Below are positions 1-6,673 of a DNA stretch of 24,000 nt, piece by piece. The stretch's first letter is position 1, and each line of letters opens with the position of its first letter. The position numbers were made by a program, and so were the translations under genes. This DNA comes from Solirubrobacteraceae bacterium (lineage in GTDB: Bacteria > Actinomycetota > Thermoleophilia > Solirubrobacterales > Solirubrobacteraceae): positions 11,543 through 35,542 of the forward strand of contig DASYAM010000010.1 in NCBI GenBank assembly GCA_036501315.1, read 5' to 3'. Under the pieces are notes generated by a model. It ran no database searches. It had not been told where the DNA came from and saw only the letters and a list, made by a program, of their open reading frames with translations.

Positions 1-1748
1 GGCGCGATCTGCGTCGTCTCGACCACGGGATGGCGGTAGGAGCCCGGCTGCACCGTCCCCGGCGCGTAGACGACGATCGGCACGTCCCGGTCGGCCGAGT
101 TGGCGCCGCCGTGCTCGGCGATCTTGCTGCCGCCGGTGTACACCACGCCGACCTGGACCACACCCCACACGTCCGGATGGCGCGGATCGCTGACGGGCAC
201 CCCGAAGTAATGCGCAGCACCCTTGCCGGCATAGATCTCGGCCAGCCCCGAGTGTTCCAACGTGCGCGAGCTGCCGTCATACGCGACGCCGGTCGCCGTG
301 TGGTTCCAGAGGTATTCCTTGACGAAATCGGCGGCTTCCTGGGAGGGGTTCGACAGGTAACTCTGCCACGCGTCGTCGTCGGTCCCAGCGACGATCAGGG
401 CGCCGGACCCAGGGTGAGCCGCTTCCCAGGCCTGGTTGATCGCTTCGATGATCGGGCCGTCCTTGATCCGGACCAGCGAGCTCGGGTCCTGCGGCGACTG
501 GCCGTGCTTGGCCGAGACGACGATCGCGGTCGAGCCCCCAAGGCCCTGCGCCTGGATCGCTTCGTCCATTGCCTGCAGCTTCGCGTTGACGTAGTCGAGC
601 GCGCGCTGTAGCAATGGCCCGGGCGTCGTCGTGCCCGGTTCATAGCCGCCCTTCAGGCCGTCTGAGGTCAGCAGCTTCTCCGCGGTCGAGACCGTCTGGA
701 AGTTCATCCCGAAGATCGCCGGCACGCCGGCCTTTGTCTTGCCGCTGTGGTCGTAACCGTCGATCTCGTTGAGCACCGCCTGGACCTTGTAGGAGTCGTA
801 CTGCATCGTCGCGGCGTTGTCTTCGGTCCAGCTGATTTCACCCGGGTACGGGTTGCCGCTCGGTTCGAGCGCGATCGAGTCGATCTCCGGCGTGAACAGG
901 TCGTCGATCGAGTTGCCCGACGGGCCCTCGAGCGCTTCGTAAGCGGGGTGCTTGTCAGACCAAGCGGTCCGCAGGCCGTGATCGTGCGCGACTTCGAAGA
1001 TCGTGTTGACCTGGAGATATTCGTGCGGGTAGATCGGCTTGCAGGTCTGCGGGTTGACCTGCAACGCAGCCGGGTTGAGCAGCGACTGTGGCTGATCGGT
1101 CATTTCGAGGATGCTCCCAGGCAGACCGCTGAGGCCCTGGCCGGCGTCGAGCGCGTTCGCGTTGACATCGTCCGGCGAGTCGTAGATGACTTCGCCGCCG
1201 GTCGGCTGGCCGTGGCAGGAGATCGTCCCCGCCGGCAGGACGGCATGGCTGTACTCGTCGTCGTAATAGATGCCGGTCGTGCGCGGGTTGCCGCCCGTGA
1301 CCTGGGCGGTCATGCCCGGGAACGAGTCGGACGGGATCGGCGTCTGCGCCTGTGCGTACTCGGCGCCGCCGCCGATGAGCTTCGCAAGCTCCGAGGTCGG
1401 GTGGTTGCCCACATACCATTCGACGTCCGACTGGTGCAGACCGTCGACTGAGATCAGCAGCACGTGGGTGATGGCGCCTTCTTCCTGGTGTCGTCCATGG
1501 CCTCCCGAGCCTTCGCCGTGATCTCCCTGCTGCCCTCCACGACCGCGTTGCCCCCGCTGGCCTCCACGCCCGCCTTGCTGCCCCCCACGACCTCCCGACC
1601 GTCCTCCGCCGCGATCGCCCGATTGCCCTCCGTGACCACCGCCGTCGCGCGACGGGTGCGCGAAGACCGCAGCCGCCGGGATCACGGTTGCGATTGCACT
1701 GGCAACAAGCGCTGTCAGTACGTCGCGATGTATTCGTCCAAGCATCAT
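1..1748 (-). CDS. Secreted alkaline-phosphatase-superfamily enzyme (type I phosphodiesterase / nucleotide pyrophosphatase-like); C-terminus lies beyond the left edge
   Basis: Absent from the supplied ORF track because it has no stop inside the window. Hand translation of the minus strand from ATGATG (1748/1745) gives an uninterrupted frame down to nt 3. GAGGAG lies at 1755-1760, 6 nt upstream. The product starts MMLGRIHRDVLTALVASAIATVIPAAAVFAHP (signal-like), followed by a Gly/Arg/Gln-rich linker. Family-typical blocks follow: HVLLISVDGLHQSDVEWYV, DSFPGMTAQVTGGNPRTTGIYYDDEY, IVVSAKHGQSPQD, AEHGGANSADRDVPIVVY. Confidence 0.8.
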   Translation of the reverse strand, partial: MMLGRIHRDVLTALVASAIATVIPAAAVFAHPSRDGGGHGGQSGDRGGGRSGGRGGQQGGRGGQRGQRGRGGQQGDHGEGSGGHGRHQEEGAITHVLLISVDGLHQSDVEWYVGNHPTSELAKLIGGGAEYAQAQTPIPSDSFPGMTAQVTGGNPRTTGIYYDDEYSHAVLPAGTISCHGQPTGGEVIYDSPDDVNANALDAGQGLSGLPGSILEMTDQPQSLLNPAALQVNPQTCKPIYPHEYLQVNTIFEVAHDHGLRTAWSDKHPAYEALEGPSGNSIDDLFTPEIDSIALEPSGNPYPGEISWTEDNAATMQYDSYKVQAVLNEIDGYDHSGKTKAGVPAIFGMNFQTVSTAEKLLTSDGLKGGYEPGTTTPGPLLQRALDYVNAKLQAMDEAIQAQGLGGSTAIVVSAKHGQSPQDPSSLVRIKDGPIIEAINQAWEAAHPGSGALIVAGTDDDAWQSYLSNPSQEAADFVKEYLWNHTATGVAYDGSSRTLEHSGLAEIYAGKGAAHYFGVPVSDPRHPDVWGVVQVGVVYTGGSKIAEHGGANSADRDVPIVVYAPGTVQPGSYRHPVVETTQIA

Positions 1749-1880
1749 TGACTTCTCCTCGGTTGCAGGTGAGCAGTTTGCGTAGTCCTACCCGCGCACC
1801 CGCGCGTCGAGGTTGCCGAGCTGTGCAAATCGTGTGGCTATCTCGTGACCGCGCGTTCTGCCGAGAGCCGAGCCAGTCCC

Positions 1881-2675
1881 TCAAACCGCCGCTAGCAGGA
1901 ACAGCGCTGCGACCCCGGAGTAGCCCACCGCGACCCGCTGCCGCCCGCTGCGTGGACGTCGCGTCAGCCGCTCGTAGGTCATCGCGACCGTCACCCCGAC
2001 CATCACCAGCGGACGAGTCCCTGCTGCCGCCAGCATCGCGAGCATCGACGCCCAACACGACGCCACGCAGCCGCTCGCGCTGATCCACGCGAAGCGGGCG
2101 ACACCGATAACGCTATGCAACCCCGACGGCGGCAACGGCCAGCTTCGGTGACAACGGTTCAGTGCCCAACGCTTTACTGTCGTCAGCTCGTACACCGCGG
2201 CAGCGGCCAGCACAACCGCAAACACCGCGCCCCCCGGCGCTACGCCCACCGCAGTGATGAGCATCTCCGCCGCGACCCCAAAAGCAATCCATATCAGCAG
2301 GTACGTCCCGATGAACGCGCCGACCGCCCTTGACCTTCCCCGACGAAACGTGTTCGTCGCAACGTGCTGCGCCGCTGGTAGAGCTCCCGGCAACATCATC
2401 GCCGCGGCCATCAATAGCCACATCGGCAGACTCGACACGACTTTAACCGGCACCGACGCTCCGATCGAGGCTCCCGAGCTCATCCCCGGCATGCACCACC
2501 AAATCGGCGCCCTGCCTCGCGGTGCGTGGACTCCGCTCCGTGCCCAGACATATAGGTAGAGCAGCCACGCCAACACGCTTGTGGCCTGGATCAGCGCCAC
2601 CTGCCCGCACCACCACGGAGCAAAAATGAAACCGGCCATGCGCCGCGGCCCCGCCAGCCGGTCTGCTTTGCCCAT
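1881..2675 (-). CDS. DUF2182-like predicted metal-binding integral membrane protein
   Basis: Track ORF 1881..2819(-). Start placed at ATG 2675 (MGKADRLAGP...). This ATG shares its A with the tyrosinase TGA (TGATG at 2677-2673); the 48 codons upstream lie inside the tyrosinase CDS. It is a polytopic hydrophobic protein. The blocks PMWLLMAAAMMLPGALP, YELTTVKRWALNRCH and GCVASCWASMLAML match my recollection of the DUF2182 signature. Confidence 0.7.
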   Translation of the reverse strand: MGKADRLAGPRRMAGFIFAPWWCGQVALIQATSVLAWLLYLYVWARSGVHAPRGRAPIWWCMPGMSSGASIGASVPVKVVSSLPMWLLMAAAMMLPGALPAAQHVATNTFRRGRSRAVGAFIGTYLLIWIAFGVAAEMLITAVGVAPGGAVFAVVLAAAAVYELTTVKRWALNRCHRSWPLPPSGLHSVIGVARFAWISASGCVASCWASMLAMLAAAGTRPLVMVGVTVAMTYERLTRRPRSGRQRVAVGYSGVAALFLLAAV

Positions 2676-4084
2676 CACGCGTCGTAGAACACGCTGATCC
2701 TCCCCAGCCGCACCGGCAGATCCCGGTGCGCCGGAGACGCCACCGAATGCTCGCCGGCTCCCGACGCCGCCAGCAGCTGCAAAGGCTCGAACATCACCCG
2801 CAACTCGTGGCCCGCCCATTCGCCGCGTGCCTCGAGTTCACGCGCAATCGAGGTGATCTCAAACGAGGACTGAAGCGCATGCGGGGCTTGGTCGCCCGCC
2901 GGTTCGCGCGCTCGCTCGATCCCGAAGAACGAGAGGTTGCCGACGTGACGACTGCTCTGAGCGTCGACGGGACGGTCGGGCTGAAAATCGGCGTACACGG
3001 TGTAGCCGGTGCCCGGATTGCTCTCGCCCGCGATCTCCTCGACGTTCAAGTACACGTTGACGTTCGGCCCGAACCGCGCAGCGGCCTGCGCGTCGATCGG
3101 AATCGATGCCGTGACCTGCTCGCCTGTCAATACGACCTCGTGCTCGGTCGCGCCAACCATTTCTCGCTCGGGCTTGCTCACGGTGGCAACTTCCAGGTGG
3201 GCCGGCGGCGGACCGGGCGGGGAAGTCGGCGGCGACGGTTCTGTGTCGTAGGCATATTCGAGGTCCGCGATCGTCTCAAGAACCTGATCGCAGCGCAAAC
3301 TCGCCGGTTGACCGTGCTCGTCGAAGAACGCGAAGGGCTGGCTCTGCCACGAGCCTTCGCGGGGATTCTGATGGCTTGCCACGCCGATCCAGTCCGACCA
3401 GATCCGGTCGATGTTCGCGTGATGCAGCCAGAAGATCGGGTCTTGCGCCGCCCTGAGGATGTCGCCCATGAGCCCGCGCCCACCGACCAGCCCGTGGACG
3501 ACGTTGTGAGGGGTTTCCTCGAGTTCTCCACCACTTTTGGAGAACTGCGCGGGTGCCGTCCGATCGCCGCCGAATTCGGCTTTGCCGATGAACTCCGGAC
3601 GCGCGAGCGCTTTCGCGGGCGAACCCGCACGGGCAGGTATGGAGCCTGCGCCGGAGTTCATCCCTTCGGCGCGTTCAGCGATGTAAAGCGGGTTGTCGCC
3701 GCCATCGGCAAGCTTCGGCTGCCTGAACGCCAACGGCAACTCCGCCCGCACACCGCCAAGGCCGTAGTTCCAATAGGGGAGAGCCCAATCCGCCGGTCCG
3801 CCGCCCTCGACTACAGCTGCCCGGACGATTTTCTCGAAGTAATAGAGGAACATCCGATGCCACGGCAAGAAGAACCAGGTCCCGTGCTGGCATCCGTTCC
3901 AGCCCGGCCGGTTCGGTTTGGCATGCGTGCCGTGGATCGCCGCCTGATAGCTCCAGCTCGTCGGGTCGTTGGCCGCCCGTCCGCGCATCCTGCTCACCGC
4001 ATCGGCATATGCAGTCACGATCACATCGTCCGCCTGCAGGCTCCAGATATCGCGTCGCACGAACACCGTCGCCGGTGCGCTCAT
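2675..4084 (-). CDS. Type-3 copper tyrosinase / polyphenol oxidase with a long C-terminal extension
   Basis: Track ORF 2675..4129(-). Start moved to ATG 4084 (MSAPATVFVRRDIW) because AGGAGGAGGA sits at 4091-4100, 6 nt upstream. CuA block: AAIHGTH...NGCQHGTWFFLPWHRMFLYYFE. CuB block: PHNVVHGLVGG...DPIFWLHHANIDRIWSDW. About 190 residues follow the YAYD motif. Confidence 0.9.
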   Translation of the reverse strand: MSAPATVFVRRDIWSLQADDVIVTAYADAVSRMRGRAANDPTSWSYQAAIHGTHAKPNRPGWNGCQHGTWFFLPWHRMFLYYFEKIVRAAVVEGGGPADWALPYWNYGLGGVRAELPLAFRQPKLADGGDNPLYIAERAEGMNSGAGSIPARAGSPAKALARPEFIGKAEFGGDRTAPAQFSKSGGELEETPHNVVHGLVGGRGLMGDILRAAQDPIFWLHHANIDRIWSDWIGVASHQNPREGSWQSQPFAFFDEHGQPASLRCDQVLETIADLEYAYDTEPSPPTSPPGPPPAHLEVATVSKPEREMVGATEHEVVLTGEQVTASIPIDAQAAARFGPNVNVYLNVEEIAGESNPGTGYTVYADFQPDRPVDAQSSRHVGNLSFFGIERAREPAGDQAPHALQSSFEITSIARELEARGEWAGHELRVMFEPLQLLAASGAGEHSVASPAHRDLPVRLGRISVFYDA

Positions 4085-4259
4085 CTTCGCTCCTCCTCCT
4101 TTGTCGCAGATATCTCCCAGTCTTCCCAAGCCGGGTAAAAAGTCAACAGGTTGGCACGATCCCTTTTACAAAACAAATGCAAACTGCGACTTAATCGCCG
4201 TCGACGATCGGCCGGCGCCAGCACTCTGACTCGGCGAAACCGTCAAACGACAATCAATC

Positions 4260-4297
4260 GGCGCCGCAATACCATTCGGGCGCCGCAATACCATTCG
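4260..4297. repeat. Perfect tandem duplication of the 19-mer GGCGCCGCAATACCATTCG
   Basis: Read directly: 4260-4278 and 4279-4297 are identical. The repeat lies 176-213 nt upstream of the tyrosinase start and downstream of the VOC gene stop. Confidence 0.9.
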
Positions 4298-4306
4298 CCC
4301 CGCGCC

Positions 4307-4331
4307 ATCGGCGACCGAAGCGGGCGCCGAT
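4307..4331 (-). terminator. Hairpin immediately after (overlapping) the VOC gene stop; candidate U-tract-less terminator
   Basis: ATCGGCG (4307-4313) pairs with CGCCGAT (4325-4331). Two inner C-G pairs close a 5-nt loop. No T/U run follows, which is common in high-GC actinobacteria. Confidence 0.3.
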
Positions 4332-5107
4332 CAAGCCGGCGACGGCGGCTGCATCACCGTGAAGGATGCTCCCTGTGGATCGATCAGGCCGGCGAAGCGC
4401 CCGATCGGCATGTCCATCGGCTCGTTTGTGACGGTCGCCCCGAGCTCACGGGCCTTGGCGACGGTGGCGTCGCAGTCGGCAACCGCGAAGCACACGCCCC
4501 AGTGCGGCGGGATCTCCGCCGGGAAGTACTCATCGGTCATCTGCATCATGCCGCCGACCTGCTGCCCGTCGAGCTCCCAGACCGTGTACGTGGTCGGCGC
4601 GCCCTCGAACGCCGGGGGACGACCAGCCCAGTCGAAGATAGCCTGGTAGAACGCCTTGTCGGCGTCGGCGTCGCGGGTCAGCACCTCGTTCCAACAGAAT
4701 GATCCCGGCTCGTTGACGACGTCGGCGCCGGTGAACGTCTTCGGCTGCCAGACGCCGAACACCGCTTCGGTGGGATCGGAGAAGAAGGCCATCCGTCCGA
4801 TGTCCATCACATCCATCGGCTCCACCACCACGCTGCCGCCCGCCGCCTTTACCTTGGCCGCGGTCTCATCGGCGTCGGCGACGCTTATATAGGTGGACCA
4901 CGCAGTGGGCTGACCCTCCTGCATGTGGCCCATCAGACCGGCGACACTCTTGCCGTCCAGCTGGAACATGCGATACCCGCCGGACTCGGCCGGCCCGGGC
5001 TCCGTGGCGCTCCAGCCCATCAGCTCGCGATAGAACCAGGCGGCGGCATCGGTATCCGGTGAGGTGAGTTCGACCCACGACGGGGTTCCGGGCGCATACT
5101 CGGGCAT
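4331..5107 (-). CDS. VOC (glyoxalase/bleomycin-resistance/dioxygenase fold) family protein, two tandem domains
   Basis: Track ORF, 258 aa. AAGGAGAG RBS sits just upstream of ATG 5107. Two repeated VOC-like halves: PSWVELTSPD...GGYRMFQLDG...FFSDPTEAVFGVWQ and FCWNEVLTRD...YTVWELDGQQVGGMM...GLIDPQGASFTVMQ. Confidence 0.85.
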   Translation of the reverse strand: MPEYAPGTPSWVELTSPDTDAAAWFYRELMGWSATEPGPAESGGYRMFQLDGKSVAGLMGHMQEGQPTAWSTYISVADADETAAKVKAAGGSVVVEPMDVMDIGRMAFFSDPTEAVFGVWQPKTFTGADVVNEPGSFCWNEVLTRDADADKAFYQAIFDWAGRPPAFEGAPTTYTVWELDGQQVGGMMQMTDEYFPAEIPPHWGVCFAVADCDATVAKARELGATVTNEPMDMPIGRFAGLIDPQGASFTVMQPPSPA

Positions 5108-5289
5108 GGCTCTCCTTTACTCGGACGGGTGGGTGCGGCAGGCGGCCGACCACAATCCTCGCACATCGGCACCGGGCACGTATTCCCTTTGCTGGGATCT
5201 TCGGCCAAACGCCGAGGAATCCCAGATGTCTTTCTGCGCAGGCGTAATCAATTACGCGAATGTTATTTGGCGCTCATAGCCTGACCCGC

Positions 5290-5931
5290 TCAGGCGACCA
5301 CGTACTTGACGTGCGTCACCTGAGGAGCGTCCACGGCGCGGACCTGCTCGAGCTTCAGCGAGCCCCGCTCAATCCCCTCGAACAGGCGCTCGCCCCCGCC
5401 GAGGATCACCGGCGAGATCGAGACGTCGATCTCATCGACGAGACCAGCCGCCAGGTACTGGTTTACAACCGATGCGCCGCCGGCGAGCCAGATGTCGCCT
5501 CCCTGCGCGGCGTCTTTCGCCTGCGCAAGCGCAGACTCGATGCCGTCCGTGACGAAGTGGAACGTCGTTCCGCCCTGCATCTCCAGAGGCTCCCGCGCGT
5601 GGTGAGTCAACACGAAGACGGGATGGTGATAAGGGGGGTCCTCGCCCCACCAACCCCGCCAGGACTCATCGGGCCACGGTCCGCGAATCGGACCGAACAT
5701 GTTGCGGCCCATGATCGTCGCGTCGATGTTCGCTCGGCGCTCCTCGACGACGGCCGAGCTGGCATTGGTCTCGCCGCCCCGCTCGCCGTGCATCTCCCGG
5801 AACTCCTTGAGCGGGAAGAACCACTCGTGCAGCGCCATCGCGCCTTCGCCGAGCGGGTTGTCCTCGCTTTGGTGCGGCCCGGCGACATAGCCGTCGAGCG
5901 ACATCGTGATGGTGAGTCTCAGCTTGCTCAT
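5290..5931 (-). CDS. Dihydrofolate reductase-family protein (RibD C-terminal domain type)
   Basis: Track ORF 5290..6129(-). Start moved to ATG 5931 (MSKLRLTITMSLDGYVAGP), which has AGGAG 5 nt upstream. Family blocks: ITMSLDGYVAGP, ATIMGRNMF, LAGGASVVNQYLAAGLVDEIDVSISPVILGGGERLF. The 66 upstream codons translate the GC-rich tandem repeat. Confidence 0.85.
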   Translation of the reverse strand: MSKLRLTITMSLDGYVAGPHQSEDNPLGEGAMALHEWFFPLKEFREMHGERGGETNASSAVVEERRANIDATIMGRNMFGPIRGPWPDESWRGWWGEDPPYHHPVFVLTHHAREPLEMQGGTTFHFVTDGIESALAQAKDAAQGGDIWLAGGASVVNQYLAAGLVDEIDVSISPVILGGGERLFEGIERGSLKLEQVRAVDAPQVTHVKYVVA

Positions 5932-5992
5932 CTCGCTCCTATTGGTATTTAGCATTCTGCTACAGGGACCGCCGCGGCGAGCTGAGCTCATC

Positions 5993-6067
5993 GGTCCGCC
6001 CCGCGCGCGAGGTCCTGCCCGGCGCGCAAGGTCCTGCCCCGCGCGCGAGGTCCGCCCCGGCGCGCGA
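5993..6067. repeat. Four tandem imperfect copies of an 18-19 bp unit GGTCC(T)GCCC(C/G)GCGCGC(G/A)A
   Basis: Units at 5993-6010, 6011-6029, 6030-6048 and 6049-6067, read directly. A more degenerate copy (GGACCGCCGCGGCGA) precedes them at about 5966-5980. The array lies in the divergent spacer between the DHFR-family gene and the SDR remnant. Confidence 0.85.
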
Positions 6068-6131
6068 CCCATCCCTGCGCAATCCCCACAAGCGAAGGCT
6101 CCGAGCCGTACGAGGCATCGCGGGAGCATAT

Positions 6132-6668
6132 GTGCTCGATCCGCCCAGTCCGCGTCGAGCTCGTGAACGCGGCTGCGCGTCCGCTATCTCGTCGCGAGTA
6201 GCGCGAACCTGCGCGAGCGGATCTTCAACGCCCGCGGGGCCTCCAGGTGTTGTCGTGTACAACGCTGCCTTACCAGATCCAGGCCAGATCCTCGACTCTA
6301 CCGTCGAGCGGCTCCGAACCGCCCACGACGTCGACGTCCTCGGCGCCGTCGTCGCGGCACAGGTAGCCGCACCCGTCATGCGGGCAGCCGGCAGCGGCAC
6401 CCTGCTGGTCACCAGCGGAGGCTTCGCCGACAATCCAGTGCCTGCATTGGCGAGCCTCTCGATCGGGAAGGCCGCCCTGCGCTCAGCGCAAACGCTGATC
6501 GCCGCCAGCGTCCGAGAGGACGGCATCCACGCCGCGACCATCACGATCGCCGGCGCCGTCAAGCCGGGAACGGACTTCGATCCCGACAACATCGCCGAGC
6601 TTTTCTGGACCGCCCACACCGACTCGAAGGATGCCTGGCAGACTGAGTATCGGTTCACAGGCGCATAA
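6132..6668 (+). pseudogene. SDR-family oxidoreductase remnant: C-terminal two-thirds only, no Rossmann N-terminus
   Basis: From about nt 6246 the product reads like an atypical SDR: VVVYNAA (NNAG position), GTLLVTSGG, LSIGKAALRS, GIHAATITIAGAV, FDPDNIAELFW. The first about 38 codons are Arg/Ser/Pro-rich. I found no TGxxxGxG-like Gly-rich beta-alpha-beta in any plus frame upstream; that space is occupied by the tandem repeats. Confidence 0.45.
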
Positions 6669-6673
6669 GCGAA

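Noticed and set aside
30-2088. Track ORFs 30..611(+), 395..643(-), 747..1451(+), 955..2088(-), 1270..1521(+), 1454..1639(-), 1464..1751(+), 1688..2083(+)
   Set aside because: All overlap the hand-translated minus-strand phosphodiesterase frame or its upstream spacer. They are Arg/Ala/Val/Gly-rich with no recognisable motifs. This is typical of out-of-frame or antisense open frames in high-GC DNA.
2676-2819. Long N-terminal extensions offered by the track: DUF2182-like from 2819, tyrosinase from 4129, DHFR-family from 6129, acyl-CoA ligase from 11707, NTF2-like from 10904
   Set aside because: The extensions overlap neighbouring genes, a tRNA or repeat DNA. They lack an RBS and add Arg/Gly/Ala-rich tails. 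Internal starts have clear Shine-Dalgarno sequences and family-typical N-termini.
2726-4138. 470-aa plus-strand ORF antisense to the tyrosinase, plus smaller ORFs nested in 3009-3893
   Set aside because: The minus frame carries complete CuA and CuB motifs and a strong RBS. The antisense product is Arg-rich low-complexity sequence.
5960-6658. 232-aa minus-strand ORF antisense to the SDR remnant
   Set aside because: It has no motifs and a Ser/Ala/Arg-rich composition. The plus frame shows SDR blocks.
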